NCBI GenBank assembly: GCA_937873655.1
Contig: CALMYQ010000096.1
Coordinates: 26,439 to 90,438 of the forward strand
Length of the DNA: 64,000 bases
DNA from: an uncultured Lewinella sp.
GTDB taxonomy: Bacteria; Bacteroidota; Bacteroidia; Chitinophagales; Saprospiraceae
Direction: 5' to 3'
The translations under genes and the position numbers were made by a program. Position 1 is the stretch's first letter. Each line of letters begins with the position of its first letter. Shown here piece after piece: positions 45,902 to 56,900 of this stretch. Under the pieces are notes generated by a model. That model had not been told where the DNA came from. It searched no databases and saw only the letters and a list, made by a program, of their open reading frames with translations.

Positions 45902-46364
45902 GGATTGTCGAACTTTAATCGGTTGCGTTCAAATAATCCGTGAATATACTCCTTTACATAAGGATAGCCGCTTTAAATAAGAAAAACCTCCCGGCAGAAA
46001 AAAAACTCGCCGGAAGGTTTCTTTTACATACACCCGACTTGGATGCATTCTGAAATCTATCTACCTGTCTACTTATGCCGTTTTTGGGATCAGCTGAATC
46101 GCTGCCGCCGGATATGAGCGACCTTTCTCTTTCAGCATCACTTTTGCGCCTTACGCCATTCCGCCCCGGACGGTCATTGCGTCCGGGCGGCATTGGCGAT
46201 ATTGGCACAACTACTTTGGTTTTTGGGATATCAATGTCGTTTCATTGATTTGATAGGACAAAGATCGGCCCGATTCCGACGGGGTGCGTCGACTCATGTT
46301 TCGAAAAGGCAGACTATTGTTTCTTTTTGGAAAAAACGATAAAAAAACGGCTTTTTTGCCGGCT

Positions 46365-47579
46365 TCAGGCCTTTATCAGGGCCTTCACGGCTTTCAGTAC
46401 GGCGTCTATTTCCTGTTCGGTGGTATAGGCGGAAATGCCCATCCGGGTGACGCCGCCTTTTTCCAGCAGCCCCAGGACCTCCACGGCGCGGATGGCATAA
46501 AAATGCCCGTCCCAGGCAAAGATCCCCCGTTCGCCCAGGAAGCGGCATACTTCTTCGGGCCGCTTGCCCTCTACCGTGAACGAAATGGTCGGCGCCCGCT
46601 TGCCGGGCCGGATATCGGGGCCGTAAATCTTGACGGGTTCCAGTTTCTCAAGCCCCTTGTAGAGCTTTTCAACCATTTTGCGTTCGTGTTCGCCGATCTT
46701 CTCCATAGCGGATACGAGGCGTTGGCGGGGCGTTTCGCCCGCTCCCTGTTCCGCGATGAATTCTATGGCCGCCTTTACCCCGGCGATTGCCGCGTGGTTG
46801 AGGGTGCCCGTTTCGATGGAATAGGGTGCGGCCTGCGCGGCAGTGCGCAGGCGGTCGGTCGGCAGCCGGTCGAGCAATCCGGGGCGGCTATAAAGGATGC
46901 CGACATGGGGGCCGTAAAACTTATAGGCGGAACAAAGCAGGAAATCACACCCCGCCGCCTGAACGTCGATGGTGAAGTGCGGCGCAAAGTGGACGGCGTC
47001 GACCAGCATCCAGGCGCCGGCGCGGTGGGTCAGATCCCTTACCTTATAGATATCGTTGATGGTGCCGCAAAGGTTGGAGGCCCAGCCCAGGGCTACCAGG
47101 CGGGTGCGGCCGCTCAGCTTGGAGGCGAGGTCTTCGTAGTTCAGCGTACCGTCGTGTTTGAGCCGGATCTCGTTCACCAGTATGCCGCGCTCGCGCAAGG
47201 CCAGCCAGGGCCCGCGGTTGGCCTCATGGTCGAGCTGGGTGATGAGAATTTCATCGCCCGGCTGGAGGAACCTGCCGATGGCCCGGCTCAGGGCGTAGTT
47301 CAGGCTGGTCATGTTCTGGCCGAAGGAAATGGTATGAGGCCCTTCGGCGCCCAGAAAGTCAGCCGCCAACCGGCGCGTCGAATCCATCACTTCATCCGTT
47401 TCCCGGGTGGTCAGGAATTGGCCGTGGGTATTGGCATTGGAGGTGCGGTAATAGTCGCTCATAGCGTTGATCACCTTGTCCGGTACCTGCGTTCCGGCAG
47501 GCCCGTCGAGGAAAATCAACGGATGGTCATTCAATTTTCTCTGTAGGGAAGGGAACTGGCTTCTGAACGGCTGATCCAT
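46365..47579 (-). CDS. Class V aminotransferase / cysteine desulfurase-like PLP enzyme
   Basis: 404 aa. FLDGPAGTQVP, HEANRGPW, and PLP-lysine context LLCSAYKFYGPHVG. Confidence 0.85.
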   Translation of the reverse strand: MDQPFRSQFPSLQRKLNDHPLIFLDGPAGTQVPDKVINAMSDYYRTSNANTHGQFLTTRETDEVMDSTRRLAADFLGAEGPHTISFGQNMTSLNYALSRAIGRFLQPGDEILITQLDHEANRGPWLALRERGILVNEIRLKHDGTLNYEDLASKLSGRTRLVALGWASNLCGTINDIYKVRDLTHRAGAWMLVDAVHFAPHFTIDVQAAGCDFLLCSAYKFYGPHVGILYSRPGLLDRLPTDRLRTAAQAAPYSIETGTLNHAAIAGVKAAIEFIAEQGAGETPRQRLVSAMEKIGEHERKMVEKLYKGLEKLEPVKIYGPDIRPGKRAPTISFTVEGKRPEEVCRFLGERGIFAWDGHFYAIRAVEVLGLLEKGGVTRMGISAYTTEQEIDAVLKAVKALIKA

Positions 47580-47916
47580 GGTTATCCTGCTTTATTTTAT
47601 GATTACTTTTATCGATTGGCAATTTTGATAAAAAAGCGCTGTATCGGTGTCACAAATTTTGAATTTTTTGAAACTTTATTTGATCAATCGAGTATAAAAT
47701 TCTAAATTTACATCAGAATTCACGACAGATAATCTACCTCCACTTTAATTAGATCTCTCCCCTTCACCCAAGCACTTATCCCTTTTACTTGATTTACAGG
47801 CAAGTATCGTGTGCTACTTATCGCTTTGCTCCTTTTGCAGTCAAAAGGGATGGTATGCGCATGTTACTTTGAACTAAGGTACTAGTCAAATTATTGGTCA
47901 CATAGTTACAACCATC

Positions 47917-50900
47917 ATGAACAGAAACATTACGCTGTGTCTGCTCTTTTTGTATGCACTGTCATTTTCTCAAAAACTTAACGGTCAGACGATCTGGCCG
48001 GGCGACGTCAATAACAACGGCATCGTCAACGGGATAGATTTTGTTTACTGGGGTTATGCATTTGAACGCACCGGCCCGGCAAGGCCGACCACCAACGCAC
48101 AATGGGCAGCTCAGACCATGCCCGCTCCCTGGACGGACAATTTCCCTGGAAACACCAACTACGCCTACGGCGACTGCGACGGCAGCGGGACCATCAATAA
48201 AGATGACCTGAACAACGCCATCCGCCAGAATTTCTGGAAATCCCACGGCAACCCTTCTACGGACAACTGGCAGGTCGGAACGCCCAGCAATCCGCCGCTG
48301 ACCATCACGCCCGTGAACGCCACGGTAGCGCCGGGCGCCCGCATCGACCTGCAGGTAGACCTCGGTACAGCCGCCAAAAAGATCACCCGTTTCCTCGGGC
48401 TGGCCTTTAAGATCAGCTATAGCGGTCAATTCGTCAAAAGCGACGCACTGGCCTTTACACCGGCGTCCAACGCCTGGTACGACCCCTCCGGCGCCGTCTC
48501 CACCAGCTTCGCCTGGGGCTCCGCCGACGCGGGCAAAGGGGAAGTGGCCGTCGTCCGCGTCAATCACCAGAACGTAGCCGGATACGGCACCCTGGGTACC
48601 CTTTCCTTTTTCCTGAAAGACAATCCGGGCGTCAATTTACCGGCCGTTTTCCATGTCACAATCGAAGGGGCTTATCTGATAGACGCCTCCATGAACATCC
48701 TGCCCCTTTCTCTTGGAGAGGCGGATGTGATCATCTCCGGCAATTCCCCCACGCCCAACTGCCCCGAAACCGTCGATCCGGTTTGCGGCAGCAATGGCGT
48801 CACCTACCTGAACAGCTGTTATGCCGAAGCAGCCGGCGTGTATGATTATACGCCCGGCGTCTGCAATCCCGGCTGTGTGGATCCCGCTCAGATCGACCCG
48901 AACGCCATTTGCACCGCCGTTTACCAGCCTGTCTGCGGTTGCAACGGCGTGACGTATGCCAACGCCTGCGTAGCCGACGCCAACGGGGTGGTTTCCTATA
49001 CCCCCGGCCCCTGCAGCGCCAATAATGACTGCTACGATCCCAACCTCGTGACAACCAGTGCGGGGACAACGATCAATTATGCCGACGGCTCCCTCAACTT
49101 CAACTGCCCGACCGCCTACCAGCCGGTTTGCGGTTGCAACGGCGTCACCTATGCCAACGCCTGCGTGGCCGAAGCCAACGGGATCACCTTCTATACGCCG
49201 GGCGCCTGCAACAGCTCTTGCGTCGACCCCTGGTCGATGGACCCCACACCCAATTGCACGTATGAATACAACCCCGTTTGCGGTTGCAACGGCGTGACCT
49301 ATACCAACGCCTGCATGGCCGAAGCGGCCGGGGTACAGTCCTGGTCGACTGGCCCCTGCGGCAGCTCCTCGCCATGGTGCGCCGAAGCCGTCAGCATTCA
49401 ATGCGGCGACTTCCTGGCCTACGAAACCAATGCGGGCGCAGGCAACCAGATCTCTTCCTATCCGGGTTGCTCAAGCTACTCTTTCCTGGGCCCCGACAAG
49501 GTGTATGTCTTCAACAAGACCACACCCGGCGACCTGCAGATCGGGCTGGAGATCCTTACGCCCAACCTGGACCTGGACCTGTTCCTGCTGCAAGGCACCT
49601 GCAGCCAGCTGACCTGTCTGAAGGCCAGCACTACCAACAACTCCCAGACCGAGAATGAGGGGATCGTCCTGGAAGACGCCCCTATCGGCACCTATTATAT
49701 CGTAGTCGACGGCCAGTTCGCCAATTCGGTCGGCAATTACCGGCTGGAACTGAGCTGCGGATACCTGGTTTGCAGCAACGCGATCGAACTGGAATGCAAC
49801 CAACCGTTCAATTACAATAATATCAACGGCGACGACAACGTCTCCCTCTACGGTTGCGGCAACGTGTACAACGTGGAGAACAACGGCCCCGAGGTCGTTC
49901 ATACTTTCACGGTGACTACGCCGGGCCAGGTAAGCGTAAACCTCACCGGCCTTTCCGCCAACCTGGAATTGTTCCTGCTCAATTCCTGCGACCGGGGCGA
50001 TTGTCTGAAATACAGCCAGAATCCCGGTAACGCCAACGAATCCGTTTCTGCCTACCTCCAACCCGGTACCTACTATGTGGTGGTGGACGGTTTCAACGGC
50101 GCGACCAGCAATTATATCCTGACAGTCAATTGCAACAGCAGCTGCAACCTGGCGCTGACCAGCGTTACCTCTACGCCTTCAGGCTGCGGTGCTAATAATG
50201 GAACCATCACCGTTACCTCTTCGGGAGGAACACCCGGGTACCTGGTCAAGTACTGGGGGCCGGTATCCGGCAGTTTCACCACTTATGCCAACTCCTGCAC
50301 CATCTACAACCTGCCCCCGGGCACCTATACCGTCAAAAAGACCGACGCCAACGGCTGCTCGGATACGGAAACCGTGACCATCTATTCGACCGGAAACCTG
50401 ACCTTCTCCGCTACGCCGACCCCGGCAACCTGCGGCATGTCGGGCAAGATCTCGGTTTACGTCTCCAACGGGTCGCCGACGTACCATGTTTACGTTACCG
50501 GCCCGGTCAACAAGAATTTCACCAGCAGCAGCAACAGCTTCAACATCAATACGCTGCCTGCCGGCACTTATACCGTTACCATTGTCGATGCCAACGGATG
50601 CTCCGCCTCCAAGCAAGTAACGATCACCTCGCAAGGCAGCAATTTCACTTTTACCGCCACGCCCAACCCGGCCGGCTGCGGCCAGTACGGGTCGGTCCAT
50701 ATCGAGACCCATTACGGCGTAGGGCCTTATGTCGTGCTGGTTTCGGGCCCGGTCAGCGGCAGCGCCAATACGAGCAACAACAGCTTCAACATCATCAACC
50801 TGCCCGCCGGCACCTACCAGATCACCCTGGAGGACTCCAATTGGTGTTCTTATTCCAAGACCGTCACCATCGGACAGTCGGCATTGGAAATCACGACCTC

Positions 50901-53900
50901 GGTAAACAACGGCATCTGCGGCCAGAACGGCGGCATCAACGTGCATATCGCCAACGGCGTTCCGCAATACAACATCTCATGGAGCGGCCCGGTCAACGGA
51001 TCGACCACCACCTCCAACAGCAATTATCTCATTCCCAACCTGCCGTCGGGTACCTACCAGATCCAGGTAGAAGACGGCAACTGGTGTTCGAATTATCTTT
51101 CTGTAACCGTTTATAATTCCGGAGGGGGGCTGGAAACTGACGTTGTCCCCATCGACGCTTCATGCGGGCAACCGGGTTCGTTGTGGATCGACATCTATAA
51201 CGGCTCGGCGCCATATCACATCCAATGGTCCGGCCCTTCCTCCGGTTATACCAACACCAATAACAACGGTTTGGACATTCCCAACCTGCCCGCCGGCTGG
51301 TACACCGTCGTCATCACGGACGCCAACGGCTGTTCCAGTTCCTCCAATATACAGATCCACTCCGGCGGCAGCCTCGGGATCAGCGTATCGGGTACAAACG
51401 GCATGTGCAACTCGGCAGGTTCCATCTGGGTATCCATCAACGGCGGCCATCCCAACTACACCGTGTCCTGGACCGGGCCGGCCAGCGGGTCAACCACCGT
51501 CGGCGGCACCGGGTATGACATTACGGGGCTGCCATCCGGCACCTATACCGTGACAGTGACCGACAGCCAGGGCTGCTCGGCCTACAAAGTAGTGGTCCTG
51601 ACCAATTCCAGCGGCACCCTGACCATACAGCCGACCATTTATCCGGCAACCTGCGAAGCGCCCGGCCGCATATGGCTGGATGTCAGCGGCGGCGCCGGCG
51701 GCCCTTACCACATTACCTGGACCGGGCCGGTCAGCGGCAATGCCTATACCAATAATTCAGGCGGTTACAATATCGAAGGCACCCCCGGCGGATCGTATGT
51801 CATCACGGCCACCGACGAGAACGGGTGCACCGCCACCAAATACGTCAATGTACCCAACTACGAGAGTACGGTAGTGGTCTCGCTCACGGCGCATGACCAA
51901 TATTGCGCCCAGAACGGGATCATTTTCGTCAGCTTCTCCGGCGGAACAGGGCCTTTCACCGTCGCCTGGAGCGGCCCCTCCTCGGGTAACTTCTCCACCG
52001 ACAGCCACAGCACCATGATACAGAACCTGGTGGCGGGCACTTACCAGGTGGTGGTTACCGATTCCCACGGTTGCTACGGCATGAATACGATCCACCTGAA
52101 TGAAAACGGCGGACTGGATATCGACCTGACCGCCGAAAACGGCAATTGCGGTGAAAACGGCGCCGTCTGGGTCGACATCAACGGCGGCGAACCTTACTAT
52201 ACCATCAACTGGAACGGGGCGGCCAGCGGCTCCATTACCCTTTCCGGTACCGGCTTCAACATCACCAATGTCCCGGCCGGCAACCTGACGGTAACCGTCA
52301 CCGACGCCAACGGATGTTCAGATGTTGAGACCGTTTATGTCGGCTCCAGCGACCTCCAGGCCTGGATTGAGGCCCAGAACGGCGATTGCGAGGAATTGGG
52401 CTACATCTACGTCGGCATCATGGGCGGCTCTCCGGCTTATACGATTACCTGGACCGGCCCTGAAAGCGGCACCCACACCGGCAACAGCACGGTCTATACC
52501 ATCGAAAATCTGTGGGAAGGCGCCTACCACGTTGTAGCTACCGACGCCAACGGCTGCTCGATAGAAACCGATATTGACGTGTATAATGACGACAATATGG
52601 ACGTGGAACTGACCGCCGAACCCGGAAATTGCGGCGAAAACAACGCCATCTGGGTTGAGATCAGCGGCGGATCGCCTGACTATACCATTGCCTGGAACGG
52701 GCCTGCCGGCGGATCAGCCACAACCTCCGGATCAGGCTACAATATCACCAATCTGCCTTCCGGCAATTATACCGTGACGGTGACCAATGAGAACGGCTGC
52801 TCCGACATCTCTACCGTTTACGTAGAGAACGACGGCAACCTGGAAGCCTGGATCGAAGCCCAGAACGGCAGTTGCGAAGAACTGGGCTATATCTACGTCG
52901 GCATCGACGGCGGTTCGGCGCCCTATACCGTCACCTGGACGGGCCCCGAAAGCGGCACCCATACCGGCAACAGCCCGATCTATACCATTGAAGAGCTCTG
53001 GGAAGGCAACTACCACGTGGTCGTAACCGACGGCAACGGCTGTACCGTGGAGGCTTACGTCGATGTGTACAATGCCGATCAGATAGACGTCCAACTGACG
53101 CCCGAAGGCGGCGAATGCGGCGGATACGGCGCCATATGGGTTGAAATCGACGGCGGGTCTCCGGATTATACCATTTCCTGGAGCGGACCGGACGACGGCT
53201 CCGTCACCACCTCCGGAACCGGCTACAACATCACCAACCTGCCGGCCGGCCAATATTCGGTAACGGTAACCAATGAAAGCGGCTGTTCGGACGCAGCTTC
53301 CGTGACCCTGCAAAGCACCGGCAACCTGGAAGCCTGGATCGAAGGCCAGAACGGCGATTGCGAGGAACTGGGCTATATCTACGTCGGCATCGACGGCGGT
53401 TCGGCGCCTTATACCATCACCTGGACCGGGCCCGAAAGCGGTACGCATACCGGCAACAGCGCGGTTTATACCATTGAAGAGCTTTGGGAAGGGGATTACC
53501 ACGTCGTGGTGACGGATGGAAACGGCTGTACCACCGAAGGGGATGTCTCCGTTCATAATCAGGGCAGCCTCAATTTCGAACTGACCGGCGTTGACGGCGT
53601 TTGCGGCGGATACGGCAGCATCGTGGTCGATATCACTTCCGGCGGACCCAATTACACCATCGAATGGTGGGGCCCCGAAGAAGGATCCACCGTCACGGGC
53701 AACGATTCCTATACCATTTGGGAACTGACCCCGGGTACTTATACGGTCAAGGTAACGAACAGCATGGGCTGCATGGAAACCGAAACCGTGACCATCGGCA
53801 ATTCAGGATCCCTGGAGGCGGTGATCGAAACCCAGAACGGCAACTGCACCCAGCAGGGTTATATCTATGTCGAGGCTCTGGGCGGTTCACCGGCCTATAC

Positions 53901-56900
53901 CGTTACCTGGACCGGACCGGAAAGCGGCACCCATACCGGCAATAATCCGGTTTACGTCATCGAAGACCTGAATGCGGGCACCTATCATGTCGTCGTAACG
54001 GATGCCAGCGGTTGTACCGATGAATCCACGGTGACGATCTACAATTCAGCCAACAACCTGGATATAGCGGCGCTGGTCACCAACGGCAACTGCAGTGAAA
54101 ACGGCCATATCGTGGTCCAGATCAGCGGCGGTTCTCCGGCTTATACCGTTACCTGGACCGGGCCGGTCAGCGGTTCCACCACCGTTAACGCCACGAGTTA
54201 CACGCTGCAAAACCTGCCTTCCGGATTTTACTACATCGAAGTAACGGACAGCAACGGCTGCACGGATGATGCCAACGCCGAGATCAACAACGGCGCAGGC
54301 GATTTTTACGCCGAACTGACGGTACAAAACGGACCTTGCGGCGGCCTTGGATCCATCTGGATCGACTTCTTCAACGGCACGCCCGGCGGCGGGTATACCA
54401 TCACGTGGACCGGCCCCTCGTCCGGGTCGGTGGGCATCTCGAACGATTTTTACGATATTCCGAACCTGACGACCGGCGAATACACGGTTACCATCACCGA
54501 GGGCGGCGGCTGCGTCTATACGGAAACCGTCTGGATTACCACCATAGTGGATAACCTCACCGCAACCGCCGGTCCTTACGGCGGCAGCTGCGACAATCCG
54601 GGCGCGATCGAGTTCTCCATCGACGGCGGTACAACGCCTTATACGATCACGTGGCAGAGCACCAACTCGCAGGGCAGCATCCAGACGAACAACCCGAATT
54701 ACCTGCTGCAGCCGCTTCCGACCGGCATTTACAACATCACGGTCAGCGATGCCAACCAATGCTCGGACAATATCAGCCTGCAGTTGTTCAATACGCCGAA
54801 CACCCTGAGCCTGGTGACCTCGCCGATCAACCCGGGTTGCGGCACATACGGCGCCATCGGCATTTCCATCAGCGGAGCGCCCGGCCCGTACCAGATCGAA
54901 TGGACCGGCCCGGACAGCAATACCGGCGCTACGAATGAGACCAACTATACCATCAATAACCTGGAAGCGGGAACGTACAACATCACCGTAACCGCAGGTA
55001 ACGGCTGTACCCGGTCCACCTCCATTACGCTGGTACCGACTTCCCAGCCGCCGATTGCCCACTTCTCCACCACGATGAACGGCCTGTCGGTGCAAACCAA
55101 TAATACCAGCTCTCCGGGCACCTACTTCTGGTCGTTCGGCGACGGCTCAACCGCTACGTCGGCCAATCCGTCCTACACCTATTGGGATGCCGGCACCTAC
55201 CAGATCTGCCTTACCGTGAACAACGGTTGCAGCACCACCCAGTACTGTCAGTACGTGGTGGTCAGCGCTCCGGAGAGCTCGGTCATTCTGAATGTAGATG
55301 AAAAAACAGCCTCAAGCGGCAGCACAGTCAACGTACCGGTCATGATCGACCATTGCAGCTCGATCGTTTCCCTCTCCGGCAGCATTGCTGTAGAGAACGG
55401 CGCAGTCGCCGCTGTCACAGGCATCATGCCGGGGGCTATCCATCCGCAATACAATCCGGCGAACAAGACCTTCAATTTCTACGACAACGGCGGTGAAGGG
55501 TTGCCGGTGACGTCCAACGAGATCCTGTTCTACATCACGGTGCAGGTAACGGGCAGTCCGGGTCAATCCACCCACCTGCGCCTGACCAGTTCGCCGCTCA
55601 TCATCGAAGTGGGCAGCATGCAGAACGGCTCGGCGGTTGTCCTGCCCTATGTTTCGATCCAGGGTTCCGTCACCGTAGGTCAGTACGCTCAGATCGCGGG
55701 CGCCGTACAAACCTATTGGAACGAAGGTATCGAGGATGCTGAAGTGGTCATTGCCGGCGAGAACTACAATACGACCGAAATGACGGATGAGAACGGCGCA
55801 TACCACATGCCCGATCTGGAAATGGGGCACGAATACCAGGTTTCGGTCGACAAGGATTCCGACCCCGCCAACGGGTTGTCCACCTACGCGCTGTTTATCG
55901 GTCAGCGGTTCATCCTCGGCATGGAGCCGGCGCAGATCACTTCGCCGTATCAGGTCATCGCCGGTGACGCCAACTGCAGCGGTTCGTTTACCACCATCGA
56001 CCTGTTCCTGATCCAGCAGCTGATCATCGGCACTACCGACCATTTTGCGCAATGCCCCTCCTGGGTGTTCGTTTCGTCGGGTAACAACCAGATGCCGGCA
56101 GCCTTCGACGCTTACAACGTATTCCCGTACAACGATCACTATGAATACATGGTCGACCACGATATGCAGTCCGATTTTGTCGGCGTCAAGGTGGGCGACA
56201 TCCTGGGGCATGCCAACCCGCACAATTTCATCGATCCGGACGACAACGGCGAGCCGCGCAACACGGAAGCGCTCAGCCTGCAGGCTGTTGACCGCCATGT
56301 GGCAGCCGGCGAAACGATCGAAATTCCGGTGACGGCCGCCAATTTCAATGAGATCGTCAGTTACCAGTTCGGCGTGGAATTCGACCCGGCCAAACTGACC
56401 TTCTCCGGTTTTGCGGCTTCCGGCAACGACGCGTTGTCCAATGTAGTGGCCGGCCTGAATGCCGTGAACGAAGGCGGCGTCAAACTGAGCTGGTTCAGTC
56501 TCAACGGTCAGGGCGTAGCCGTTAACCCGGACGAAGTGCTGTTCACGCTCAGGTTCCAGGCAACCGAAGACCTGGAAAGCCTCGGAAATGCCGTCAGGAT
56601 CGGCTCCCATTTCATCGGGGTCGAAGCTTACGACGCGTCCGGCGACCTGAAAAATGTGACGCTCAACTGGAACAGCGCCCTGACCGGCACTGCCGCTGAA
56701 GCGCCCTTCGGTTACCGGTTGTACCAGAACACGCCCAACCCGTTCGCAGAGCGCTCCGTCATCCGCTTTGACCTGCCGAAAGGCATGTACGCGGAGCTGA
56801 TCATCCGCGACAACCTCGGAAGAGTTGTCAGGAATATCACGGGCAATTTCGCAGCGGGCCAGAACGCGATAGAGATCACGACCGACGAAATCGGCGGCGG

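Noticed and set aside
46161-46190. A strong GC hairpin (CCGCCCCGGACG / CGTCCGGGCGG, one bulge) in the 460-bp gap between the DUF1080 and aminotransferase genes; a possible small RNA or terminator.
   Set aside because: There is no T-tract on either strand, I recognised no known ncRNA motifs (RNase P, SRP, tmRNA, 6S), and no second copy occurs in the window. The evidence is too thin to call anything.
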